Assembly: GCA_963788195.1 (NCBI GenBank)
Contig: CAWBGA010000002.1
Span: forward strand, 64,001-128,000
Reading direction: 5' to 3'
Origin: Nitrospirota bacterium
Lineage (GTDB): Bacteria > Nitrospirota > Nitrospiria > Nitrospirales > NS-4
DNA: 64,000 nt
Below are positions 1 through 9,154 of this stretch, piece by piece. Made by a program: the position numbers and the translations under genes. The first letter of the stretch is position 1. The number at the start of each line of letters is the position of its first letter. A model generated the notes under the pieces. It was given only the letters and a program-made list of their open reading frames with translations, ran no database searches and had not been told where the DNA came from.

Positions 1-1635
1 ATAGCCACGGCTCTGATCCTTCGGGACGAATGGATGGAGGCGGCTGAACTCGCGCCAGGTGAGCGGAAGCATTTCAACAGTGGCATTGAGCTTCATGGTG
101 CAGGAACCGAGCGGGATCATCGAATGGATCAACGAAAGGTCTCTCGCTTGGAGCCGGTGGATATAGCGGAGCATTTCATGCTCGGAGTGATATCGATTGA
201 ACACCGGATGCGTGAGGTATTCGCTGGTGCGGGTGAGCGTCGAGGGAATCGGCAAGGGCACATGCTCGCGTCCGGAGAGGCTTTCCACGGTGAAATCAAA
301 AGGGCGGTCCGCGGCAAAGATTTCGAAGAGCGCTTGCACCTCCGAGACGGTCGTGGCCTCGTCCAACGAAACGCCGAATGACCCATCATCGAACCGTCGT
401 AGATTTATCCCGTTTTTATGAGCCTTATTGATAATGGCCTCTGGTGAGCCGGCCAGTGCCTGTACTTGCAGGGTGTCGAAAAACGGTTCGTTTCCACAAG
501 CATGGCCAAGGCGGCGCAGGCCTTCGGCGAGAACGCAGGCCAGACCGTGAACGCGCTCGGCAATCCGGCGAAGCCCCTCGGGGCCATGGTAGACGGCGTA
601 CATGGCGGCCATGACTGCAAGTAGTACCTGGGCCGTACAGATATTGCTCGTGGCCTTATCGCGTCGGATATGTTGCTCACGCGTCTGAAGGGCGAGCCGC
701 AGGGCCGGTTTTCCCGAAGAATCTTTGGACATGCCGACAATCCGGCCCGGCAATTGGCGCTTGTAGGCATCCTTCGTGGCCATGAAGCCCGCATGGGGTC
801 CTCCAAATCCGAGCGGCACACCGAAACGCTGGCTGGAACCTACCGCGATATCAGCGTCGAATTCTCCAGGCGGCCGCAGCATCGTCAGCGCAAGGAGATC
901 CGTCGCGACGACGGCCAGCGCGCCGGCGGCATGAGCGCGATCGATGACCGTGGTGTAGTCGCATACGCTGCCGCCGGTGGAAGGGTATTGCAAGAGGAGC
1001 CCGCAAACATCCCCACCGGCAAAATCGATCGCGGTGACATCCACGATTTCCAAGCGAATGCCCAACGGGTCGGCATGCGTTTGAAGCACCGCCAGTGTCT
1101 GCGGATGACAATCCGCGCCGGCGAGGAATCTGGTTTTGCCTGGAGCCATCGCCTGACACATGTGCATAGCCTCGGCTGCCGCGGTGGCTTCATCCAATAG
1201 TGAGGCATTGGAGAGGGGCAGGCCGGTCAGGTCAGCGATCATAGTCTGAAAGGTCAGCAACGCTTCGAGACGCCCTTGCGCGATCTCCGCTTGATACGGG
1301 GTATACTGCGTATACCAACCCGGATTTTCCAAGACATTGCGCTGAACGACGGGCGGAGTGATGCAGTCATAGTAACCCATGCCGATAAATGAGCGACATA
1401 CCTTGTTCTGTGCCGCAAGAGCGCGTAACCGCGCGAGGACTTCGTGTTCTCCACGGTGCGGCCCCAGTGTCAGGGGACGTCGGAGGCGAATATCCGAGGG
1501 CAGCGTTGCGTCGATCAATGCATCGAGCGATGAGAGGCCCAGGGTTGACAGCATTTGATGAATGTCGTCATCCGTGGCGCCAATGTGGCGATGGACAAAG
1601 GTATCAGTAGGCTTGAAAAGATTGGGAATACTCAT
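1..1635 (-). CDS. gcvP: Glycine dehydrogenase (glycine cleavage P protein), 5' part; runs off the window edge
   Basis: Manual translation of the minus strand from ATG 1635 gives [19 protein letters not shown]...FIGMGYY...[26 protein letters not shown]...[15 protein letters not shown]...[22 protein letters not shown]...[13 protein letters not shown]. Absent from the ORF track, probably because there is no stop in the window. Confidence 0.95.
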   Translation of the reverse strand, partial: MSIPNLFKPTDTFVHRHIGATDDDIHQMLSTLGLSSLDALIDATLPSDIRLRRPLTLGPHRGEHEVLARLRALAAQNKVCRSFIGMGYYDCITPPVVQRNVLENPGWYTQYTPYQAEIAQGRLEALLTFQTMIADLTGLPLSNASLLDEATAAAEAMHMCQAMAPGKTRFLAGADCHPQTLAVLQTHADPLGIRLEIVDVTAIDFAGGDVCGLLLQYPSTGGSVCDYTTVIDRAHAAGALAVVATDLLALTMLRPPGEFDADIAVGSSQRFGVPLGFGGPHAGFMATKDAYKRQLPGRIVGMSKDSSGKPALRLALQTREQHIRRDKATSNICTAQVLLAVMAAMYAVYHGPEGLRRIAERVHGLACVLAEGLRRLGHACGNEPFFDTLQVQALAGSPEAIINKAHKNGINLRRFDDGSFGVSLDEATTVSEVQALFEIFAADRPFDFTVESLSGREHVPLPIPSTLTRTSEYLTHPVFNRYHSEHEMLRYIHRLQARDLSLIHSMIPLGSCTMKLNATVEMLPLTWREFSRLHPFVPKDQSRGY

Positions 1636-1762
1636 GAAAAATGCCTTTGTGAAAGGAACAGTTGCATGAAGGAGGTTAACACGCTCCCTGCTTCAGAACA
1701 AGGTCGGAAGCGACCCGCCTACGGTATCATCTTGGGTCACAAACACTCAAAGGTAATGGGCC

Positions 1763-3430
1763 ATGGGATCGTTTGAGAAAATTCATGACATCGTGATTGT
1801 CGGGGGGGGCCTTGCCGGAATGCGGGCTGCGGTGGCGGTTCCCTCTGGTTTTGACGTGGCAATCGTCTCAAAAGTTCATCCGGTACGGAGCCATTCGGTA
1901 GCCGCCCAGGGAGGTATCAATGCAGCACTGGGGCCCGATGATTCATGGGAAAGTCACGCGTACGACACCGCCAAAGGCGGACTATGGCTGGGCGATCAGG
2001 ACGGCATCGAAGCGATGTGCCGAGAGGCGCCTTCGGACATTTTGGAACTGGAACGGATGGGCGTCATCTTTAGCCGCGACGCCGCTGGTCACATTGCGCA
2101 GCGTCCGTTCGGCGGTGCGGGGTTCCCCCGGACCTGTTACGCTGCCGACCGCACCGGCCACGCCATTTTGCACGCGATGTATGAACAATTGATGAAACGC
2201 GACATCCATGTCTACGAGGAATGGCACGTGACGGCATTAGTTGTAGAGGAGGGAATCTGCCGCGGCCTCGTTGCCTGGGACGTATTGAACGGCAGCCTGC
2301 ACGCGATCGGCGCAAAGGCAGTGATCCTAGCGACTGGTGGCTGCGGCCGGATCTATCTTACGAGCACGAATGCCGTTATCAACACCGGCGACGGGATGAG
2401 CATGGCCTATCGGGCCGGGGTGGCCCTCATGGACATGGAGTTCATCCAGTTTCATCCCACGACGCTCAAGGATACTGGCATTCTCATCTCAGAAGGCGCG
2501 CGTGGTGAAGGTGCGTATCTGGTGAACACGCTTGGCGAGCGCTTCATGGAAAGATACGCCCCCCAGCAGATGGAACTGGCGACCCGGTCCACTGTGTCGC
2601 TGGCGATCGCCACTGAGATTGCCGAAGGGCGGGGGGTCGACGACTGTATTCTCCTTGATCTGCGACATCTGGGACGGGAAAGAATACTGGAGCGACTGCC
2701 ACAGATTCGGCAACTAGCCCTCGATTTTGCCGGCGTCGATCCTGTTGAGAGCCCGATCCCGGTCCAACCGGGGGCGCATTACGCCATGGGCGGAATCAAG
2801 ACCAACAACTGGGGCGAGACTGACATGCCAGGGCTCTTCGCCGCGGGAGAATGTGCTTGCGTGAGCATTCATGGAGCAAACCGTCTTGGGGGCAATTCGT
2901 TGCTGGAGACTATAGTTTTCGGCAGGCGGTCTGGACTTCGCAGTGCCGAGTATGCGGCCAACGCCCAGGACCCGACTACCGATATGGGGGTCCTTCGTAG
3001 TGAAGAGGGGCGGATCGCACATCTGTTTAAGAACGAGGGGCCGGAGCGGCCATGGCAAGTCCGAGAGGAACTCGGAAGGACGCTCACGCAGCGTCTTGGA
3101 CTCGTTCGGACCAAGGATAAGATGGCGGCGGCGTTGGACCATATGAAGGAACTCAAGGTGCGCGCGCGCCGCGTCCGATTGGAGGATCATGGGAAAATTT
3201 TCAACAGCGATCTCGTGACAGCCTTGGAGCTTAATTCTCTAGTGGAACTCGCAGAGACTGCCATTGCGGGGGGATTGGCACGGCAGGAATCTCGCGGGGC
3301 ACACTATCGGCGTGATTTTCCGGAGCGCGACGATGCGAACTGGCTAAAGCACTCCATCTGTCATTTAAGTGTGGAAGGACCACGGCTCACCTATGCTCCG
3401 GTGACGATCTCGCGCTTTCCACCGCAGTAG
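1763..3430 (+). CDS. sdhA: Succinate dehydrogenase/fumarate reductase flavoprotein subunit
   Basis: GGGLAG FAD motif, RSHSVAAQGG (covalent FAD His), QFHPT, HYAMGG, HGANRLGGNSL, RQESRGAH. Confidence 0.88.
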   Translation: MGSFEKIHDIVIVGGGLAGMRAAVAVPSGFDVAIVSKVHPVRSHSVAAQGGINAALGPDDSWESHAYDTAKGGLWLGDQDGIEAMCREAPSDILELERMGVIFSRDAAGHIAQRPFGGAGFPRTCYAADRTGHAILHAMYEQLMKRDIHVYEEWHVTALVVEEGICRGLVAWDVLNGSLHAIGAKAVILATGGCGRIYLTSTNAVINTGDGMSMAYRAGVALMDMEFIQFHPTTLKDTGILISEGARGEGAYLVNTLGERFMERYAPQQMELATRSTVSLAIATEIAEGRGVDDCILLDLRHLGRERILERLPQIRQLALDFAGVDPVESPIPVQPGAHYAMGGIKTNNWGETDMPGLFAAGECACVSIHGANRLGGNSLLETIVFGRRSGLRSAEYAANAQDPTTDMGVLRSEEGRIAHLFKNEGPERPWQVREELGRTLTQRLGLVRTKDKMAAALDHMKELKVRARRVRLEDHGKIFNSDLVTALELNSLVELAETAIAGGLARQESRGAHYRRDFPERDDANWLKHSICHLSVEGPRLTYAPVTISRFPPQ

Positions 3431-3827
3431 TCCTTGGTTGAATGACCACGGCTTTCCTACGTTCCGGTGTCTACCTCTTGGATAAAACTACCTAGGATAA
3501 ATGACGTATACAGGGGTGGACACGCGCGACTATAATCGTAACTAAAATCACTTAGCAATAGTCAAGTACATGTCACTTCGTCAAGTTTTTGACGGAGCTG
3601 AGCTATTCCTTCTTGCAAAAAAACCACTTGACGAGACAGCCTGGAACCGTCATAAATCCTTCCCGAATATAGGAAAATACCTAAATTAGAGTCTTACCCC
3701 CAACTTTCGGGGGTCCAAGGCACGCTGGTTGCTTAATCTTGACTAGCCTCGTTGACCACAGGGTATGAACAGACTGAGCACAATGTATTAACAGCGTTAT
3801 TAACAACATATCAACAAGGGAGGAGAC

Positions 3828-4283
3828 ATGGATCGCGACGTAATTAAACTGGACAGGGATGAGCAGGAGGAAATAACGACCCGGTTCGACCCCGCAAAGC
3901 CAACGATTCTTATTGTGGAGGACGAACCAGGCCCGCGGGCAGCCTACAAGGTCATTTTGCGCCCTTTCTATAATCTGTACCTTGCCGAAAGCGCGGAGGG
4001 TGCTACCGATCTCCTTCAGGATCACAAGATTGATCTGGTGATTCTTGATTTGAAATTGGGCGGCCGTCATGGGATGGAATTCTTGAAGGATATGAAGCAC
4101 CAGCATGAAGATGTAGAGGTCATCATTATTACCGGATATGGCACGCTGCAATCAGCAATGGACGGAATCCGTTTTGGCGCCGCATGCCACTTGCTGAAGC
4201 CCTTTGATGTCATGGAGTTGATCAACGCAATCAACGAGGCGCTGAAGCGCTCCAAGAAAGGGGCTGCCCCACAGGCCAGCTAG
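3828..4283 (+). CDS. Single-domain response regulator (receiver)
   Basis: ILIVEDE...DLVILDLKL...IIITGYG...LLKPF; GGAGGAG RBS. Confidence 0.9.
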   Translation: MDRDVIKLDRDEQEEITTRFDPAKPTILIVEDEPGPRAAYKVILRPFYNLYLAESAEGATDLLQDHKIDLVILDLKLGGRHGMEFLKDMKHQHEDVEVIIITGYGTLQSAMDGIRFGAACHLLKPFDVMELINAINEALKRSKKGAAPQAS

Positions 4284-4481
4284 AATAGAGTCTTTTTCGT
4301 TCGAAAGCTCGGAAGCCTTCGGGTGCGCAACGTCGGCTGTGGCAGCGCTCCGGTTCCGTTGCTTTCTTCCGAACGGCTGCTCACAACCCGTATCATCTCT
4401 GGGAGGCTACCCAGCCTATCCCCGCTCTCTATTTCCCCACTCAGCCACTTTCACACCCGTACTCAGCTCTGCGGAGCCGGC

Positions 4482-4510
4482 TAGACTCGCTTTGTGTTTT
4501 GTTGCAGAAT
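4482..4510 (+). promoter_or_regulatory. Possible sigma70 promoter of the cyclase gene
   Basis: TAGACT-N17-CAGAAT. Confidence 0.4.
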
Positions 4511-4543
4511 CATTCTATCGAAAACGATGGAGCGAGGATCGCC

Positions 4544-5323
4544 ATGCTGAGAATCGTACTTCTTGTCCTGTGCGTGCTGCTTGCGGTCTCTGGGCGGGTC
4601 AGCGCCCAAATTGATGAGCGCAACCTGATCGATCTGACCTATTCCTATGATGAGCAGACGATCTTCTGGCCGAACAACAAGCCGTTTGAATGGGAGGAAA
4701 CAGCTTGGGGAATGGCGGCCGGAGGCTACTGGTATGCTGCCGGAAGCTTTTGCATGTCCGAGCACGGCGGGACGCACATCGACGCTCCTATACACTTCGG
4801 TAAAGGTCAGCACACCCTCGATAAGATCCCGCTCTATCGCTTGGTGGCACCCGCGGTGGTAATTGATGTACGGGACGCAGTGGCCAAGGACCGGGACTAC
4901 AGGCTTTCTGCGGAAGATCTGAAAACATGGGAATCGCGGCACGGACGAATTCCGATCGGCGCTATTGTGCTTATGCATTCCGGATGGGGACGATATTGGC
5001 CGGACAAGGTGAAGTATTTCGGCAGCGTGACACCCGGCGATCCTGAGACTCTCCATTTCCCCGGATTTTCCAAAGAGGCAGCCGAGTTTCTAATCACGGA
5101 ACGAAGGATCGATGGTGTTGGGATTGACACACCGAGCATCGACCACGGCCCTTCCAGAGATTTTCTCGTCCATCAGATTTTGAACGGAGCGAATGTTTAC
5201 GGCCTTGAGAATGTTGCGAGTCTAGAGCGGCTGCCTGCGACGGGAGCAACCGTGATCGCCCTGCCCATGAAAATCAAGGGCGGATCGGGAGGTCCTGTGC
5301 GAATCATCGCACTTCTGCCATAG
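4544..5323 (+). CDS. Secreted cyclase family (kynurenine formamidase-like) metallohydrolase
   Basis: Signal peptide; HGGTHIDAPIHF, HFPGFS, GIDTPSID, GLEN, KIKGGSGGPVRIIA motifs; start placed at ATG 4544. Confidence 0.88.
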   Translation: MLRIVLLVLCVLLAVSGRVSAQIDERNLIDLTYSYDEQTIFWPNNKPFEWEETAWGMAAGGYWYAAGSFCMSEHGGTHIDAPIHFGKGQHTLDKIPLYRLVAPAVVIDVRDAVAKDRDYRLSAEDLKTWESRHGRIPIGAIVLMHSGWGRYWPDKVKYFGSVTPGDPETLHFPGFSKEAAEFLITERRIDGVGIDTPSIDHGPSRDFLVHQILNGANVYGLENVASLERLPATGATVIALPMKIKGGSGGPVRIIALLP

Positions 5324-5458
5324 TCCCCACTTCCCTCTCCCCTGTCGTGCGGCTGATCATGCCGATCGTTCTCACTGCACTTATTCCGATTCAGCCGCAT
5401 CTGTAACCCACTTACCCTTTTCATCGTTCGTTGGTCTAAGGGGGAAGGAGAAACCCCT

Positions 5459-5653
5459 GTGAAATTCAACGAGTTGCTAAGACTGCTGGAAGGAAACGGG
5501 TTCGAACTAGTGAAAGAAAAGGGATCAATCAGGTATTATTCAAAGCCAGGGCTCGACCGACTCATTAGAATTGACTATCATGGTGCCAAGGAAGTGCCTA
5601 CGGGCACCTGTCAGGCGATTCTAAAGGCTGCTGGGCTGAAAAGAGAGACATGA
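5459..5653 (+). CDS. hicA: HicA-family toxin
   Basis: 64 aa: ELLRLLEGNGFELVKEKGS...YHGAKEVPTGTCQAILKAAGL. Confidence 0.85.
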   Translation: MKFNELLRLLEGNGFELVKEKGSIRYYSKPGLDRLIRIDYHGAKEVPTGTCQAILKAAGLKRET

Positions 5654-5654
5654 T

Positions 5655-5903
5655 ATGCTCAATTTGAACTATTCGTTAGTCATCGAAGCAACTGACGATC
5701 CGCACTTCTTCGCCTTTTATTCACCGGACCTCGAAGGCTTTACGGGGACGGGGAAATCTATCGAAGATTGCCTAGAGAAGGCTCGTATCGGTGTAAAAGA
5801 GCATCTGGCTCTGATGAAGGAGAGGAACTTGCCTATTCCTTCTCCTAATCTCAATCCAAACGTCACTATCAAGGATACGCGAGCTGTGCGGCAGGGCGCG
5901 TAG
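5655..5903 (+). CDS. hicB: HicB-family antitoxin (short form)
   Basis: YSLVIE...AFYSPDLEGFTGTGKSIEDCLEKAR...LPIP; 1 nt after hicA. Confidence 0.85.
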   Translation: MLNLNYSLVIEATDDPHFFAFYSPDLEGFTGTGKSIEDCLEKARIGVKEHLALMKERNLPIPSPNLNPNVTIKDTRAVRQGA

Positions 5904-6142
5904 GCTCCACAACCACAAATCTGTCCCAGATTTTTCTCCAATCCCCAAAGACAACAATACACCTATCACGGGGTGGCGCGCCCGGTTCAGCTCCCCAGCC
6001 CGAAACCAGTCCGCGAACCCGATTCCGATCCGGCTTAGTTTTTTTCCTTTTGAGTGTTCGCTGGTGGAGAATCTGCTCTGAGCGATGTAATTGGCAACAG
6101 AAGTAGCTCCATTAAAATGTAACTGGCCGCGCAGATACTAAG

Positions 6143-6400
6143 TGGAGGCCCTCCGCGGGCTGCATCCTTTCGGGAAGCCGGCGGAGGTACTCGGCGGCAG
6201 GACCCCTCTCCAGCGGAGCGAGAGCACGTCAGGTGGCTGATTCAAAAGCGGACAGGCTTCAGAAGTGCCTGTCCGCTTTTCACTTTAGCGAGAACTGTTT
6301 CGGGCGGGTGGCGCCGAGCGGGACCCTGGCGGAGCGCAGCGACTTGGGCGGCGGGAGCGAGCACGTCAGGGTGGCTCGGCGACAGGCCCCGCTCTTGATC
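6143..6400. repeat. GC-rich palindromic intergenic element with a central perfect hairpin
   Basis: AAAAGCGGACAGGC (6244-6257) / GCCTGTCCGCTTTT (6267-6280); GAGCACGTCAGG on both sides; 6174-6205 matches 35661-35692 at 28/32 nt. Confidence 0.7.
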
Positions 6401-6407
6401 AGCGAGC

Positions 6408-7874
6408 CTATCGCATGCCGCCCCAGCGAAAGCCTTTGACTTCGCGAACCGCGGTAACCGGCTTTGCCGATCGTCCAGGCTTCTCTAGCAATAGGACCTT
6501 AAAGTCCCACAGACCGAACCAGGCAGGATCACTGATGTCATGGTAGTGGTGGCCGACGAGTTTCGTTCCCATCTCGCCGAGCGCCCCATTGAGCTCTGAT
6601 TCGGTGTAGGCTCGAATCGCAAACGACTTTCCCACTGACTCACAAAAGCGCCGGATCGCGTATGCTGCGCCTGTACATAGGACCCGAGTGTCCGGTTTGA
6701 TGCTGAGAAACTGTGGTAACGGCCCATACCTTTCCTGAAAACCAAGCCAGCGGGCGGCTTCGCGTAAATGGGAGAATTGCACCTCATATTCCGTGTGTCC
6801 GGGCAGCTTGACCGGAGCAGAAAAGCCATGTTCGATCCCGAACTCGACGAGTAGTGCGCGACCGCCGGGTCTCAATACCCGCCAGACCTCCTCCAAGAAA
6901 CGAAGCGGTCCAAGATTAAAGATGAACTCCGAGGGAACATCGTCGCCGAAGGGGAGATTTAACTTGCGAATCCATCCAAGGGCTTCCTGGTGGACGGCCG
7001 TCGTGGCTATGCCGGAGGTGAGCTCTTGCCGGCTAAGCCGCACGGCGGTCATGTCGGCCAGGTTTTCGTTATCAATGATCAAATCGATGCTCGCGTCTTT
7101 GAGGGGCAGGGCTTCCCCATTTGCCTGGGCGGCCGCCGCAATCCATCCGCCTTCACGAGCAAGCGTCAGCTGTGATTGAAGGAATGGGCGAGTGATATCC
7201 ACCAGCAGATAGCGTGTTTCTTGCCGTTCCCCGGCCGTGAGTCCAGCTGCGAGTTCACGTGCCACATAACCCAGGCCGCCACCGACCTCAAGAATCGTCA
7301 GCGGTTTTGGGGACCACCAGCCCAACTTCTTGAGAGTCCTTGCCAGCAGGCGGCCATACGTCAAGCCTCCGAGGGCTTCCGTCGGCTCGCGAAAGAGGTG
7401 AGACACAGTAGTCTCGACCGTTTCAAAATGTCCTTCGGAAGATGCAATTTCATGCACATGAAACTCTGCGAGGTGGCCTTCGGGCTCCAATTCGGTGCGG
7501 CCCTGCCATCCCTCTCGAATCTTTAACAGTAGGAGATCCCAGCGAGCATCGCCACGGTCTTTCATGGGCGGTTCAGTTCCGAAATAGCAGAGGGAATAAG
7601 CGGGGAGGGACCAACATTCCAAGCAGGCGCGCCCTGTCGCGCCATTGGGCCCGCAGACCCGGTTGCCGAACTTCGCAAGTAACGAGGCCACGGTTGTTTG
7701 ACCGTCCATTGCGGCCAGAAGGTTCGCGCCGACGCGGTTGATCTTGACGAGCGGCATGGCATCATCAAGAGGCGCCAGCCACCATTCTTCATAGGCATGC
7801 TGATAGACCACCATGTCCGGCATGCGCCAGACACGTTGGGCCAAAATGTCCTGAGTTAACGTCAGCTGTTCCAT
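6408..7874 (-). CDS. Class I SAM-dependent methyltransferase with N-terminal PqqD/RRE-like region
   Basis: ILEVGGGLGY motif I, LLVDIT, EALPLKDASIDLII, VWRVLRPGGRALLVE; N-terminal LVKINRVGANLLAAMDGQTTVASLL; ATG 7874 overlaps the upstream stop. Confidence 0.8.
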   Translation of the reverse strand: MEQLTLTQDILAQRVWRMPDMVVYQHAYEEWWLAPLDDAMPLVKINRVGANLLAAMDGQTTVASLLAKFGNRVCGPNGATGRACLECWSLPAYSLCYFGTEPPMKDRGDARWDLLLLKIREGWQGRTELEPEGHLAEFHVHEIASSEGHFETVETTVSHLFREPTEALGGLTYGRLLARTLKKLGWWSPKPLTILEVGGGLGYVARELAAGLTAGERQETRYLLVDITRPFLQSQLTLAREGGWIAAAAQANGEALPLKDASIDLIIDNENLADMTAVRLSRQELTSGIATTAVHQEALGWIRKLNLPFGDDVPSEFIFNLGPLRFLEEVWRVLRPGGRALLVEFGIEHGFSAPVKLPGHTEYEVQFSHLREAARWLGFQERYGPLPQFLSIKPDTRVLCTGAAYAIRRFCESVGKSFAIRAYTESELNGALGEMGTKLVGHHYHDISDPAWFGLWDFKVLLLEKPGRSAKPVTAVREVKGFRWGGMR

Positions 7875-8587
7875 GGGCGCCCGCAGAGGCTCGTGTCCTG
7901 AAAGACTGCGCGATGCATCCCCTCCCAAAAGCGCTGCCAGGCATCGGCTGTGGTTCGGGCGCTGGCCGCGACACGTTCAAGATCCGACTGCGATTTGGTT
8001 GTTTTGCGGACCGCATCAGCCAGCCAATGGGCGTGATCATCCTCCGCTGTAAGATGAAGCTCAAAGAACACAAGATCATCGGAAGCGAAGCGATGATATT
8101 GCAGCAATCCTGGGTGAAAGTACCGGAATTCGGCGGCAGCAGTGACTTCTACTGCAAGCTCCGCCCCCAATGCGGCGAGGTAGTCCTCTTCCAAGAAGAG
8201 TCGATGTAGGACGCCGAGGTATTCTTCGACGGCTGGCAGAGGCGTACTTTGCCGAAGATCGGCTTCGCGTAGACCGATGGCGCCGGCGAAACGCTCAAGC
8301 AACCGTATATGGGCCTGTTCGCTTCGTCCACTTCCAAGCTCGGAGTCGAGGGTTTTCGCAAGTTGTACACGCATCTCCAGTTCCTCGACCGGTGTTCGAT
8401 ACAGGAGCCCTTCGAGCACTTTGACGAAGTGTTTGCAGAAATAATGGTACTGGATCAGCCACTGCTCGAGTTGAAGTTGGGTCAGGCGCTGGTCGAGGAA
8501 GGTCTGAAAGAATGGATTGCTATTGACTGGATGGCGAGTGAGTTCGCCGATCAAGGAGTCCACAAAGCTTTCGGCGGTCGGGGTCAT
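7862..8587 (-). CDS. Heme-oxygenase-like diiron enzyme (CADD/PqqC/TenA superfamily)
   Basis: HPVNSNPFF start, SELGSGRSEQAH (E..H), AVE, FFELHLTAEDDHAHW (H-x3-E-x2-H) metal-ligand pattern. Confidence 0.82.
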   Translation of the reverse strand: MTPTAESFVDSLIGELTRHPVNSNPFFQTFLDQRLTQLQLEQWLIQYHYFCKHFVKVLEGLLYRTPVEELEMRVQLAKTLDSELGSGRSEQAHIRLLERFAGAIGLREADLRQSTPLPAVEEYLGVLHRLFLEEDYLAALGAELAVEVTAAAEFRYFHPGLLQYHRFASDDLVFFELHLTAEDDHAHWLADAVRKTTKSQSDLERVAASARTTADAWQRFWEGMHRAVFQDTSLCGRPWNS

Positions 8588-8687
8588 CAGGTGCTCCGGA
8601 GGTCAAGACTGTTACCAATTGTTTTTGGGGGTATCCCGATCAGGGTTGACTGTGCTACGCTCGTAAGCAGGTTTGCGAGGTGTTGTG

Positions 8688-8792
8688 ATGGATGACATCG
8701 GATATATGATATTCGGTGTTGCGGTTGCCGTCCTTGGTATCGTGCTCACGTATGCCTATCAACACCGCTCCCATCAGCGGAGAAAAGACTAG
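8688..8792 (+). CDS. Small single-pass membrane protein (34 aa)
   Basis: MDDIGYMIFGVAVAVLGIVLTYAYQHRSHQRRKD; GAGG upstream; hydrophobic helix followed by a basic tail. Confidence 0.6.
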   Translation: MDDIGYMIFGVAVAVLGIVLTYAYQHRSHQRRKD

Positions 8793-9100
8793 ACGTCGAT
8801 TATCAAATTGCCCACGTCCTCTAGTGATTTTCCTACTCCTCGAGCCCGCAACGTCTCATACAGACCTTTCAAGAACGCCGTGTCATCGCTGCTGAACACC
8901 GCCCGGAAGTCCACATCATTCCATCTGACCATCATCTTCAGGAAAGGCAGTTCGCCTTTACGGTTCGGCTCAATCCATTTCACTTCGTGCAAAATACCCC
9001 ATTCGCCGCCGGGATGGTAGGTGTCCCAAAATCCATGAGGCATCTCGAATTGCGGAGGCCAAAGATCCTTCATCTTTTCGTGATTGCGCAATGCCACCAT
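8789..9100 (-). CDS. Hypothetical protein
   Basis: ORF with protein-like composition (MVALRNHEKMKDLWPPQF...GEWGILHEV...). Confidence 0.65.
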   Translation of the reverse strand: MVALRNHEKMKDLWPPQFEMPHGFWDTYHPGGEWGILHEVKWIEPNRKGELPFLKMMVRWNDVDFRAVFSSDDTAFLKGLYETLRARGVGKSLEDVGNLIIDV

Positions 9101-9154
9101 GGCCGAAAGTATACCTGGTTTGATGCGTGATCGCACTAGGGGGTGGTCTGATTC

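Noticed and set aside
1636..1762. Glycine riboswitch upstream of gcvP
   Set aside because: The divergent spacer is only 127 nt and lacks the aptamer consensus
6060..6200. tmRNA or other known ncRNA
   Set aside because: No tRNA-like ends and no tag reading frame ending in Ala-Ala-stop; the 3' part matches a repeat family
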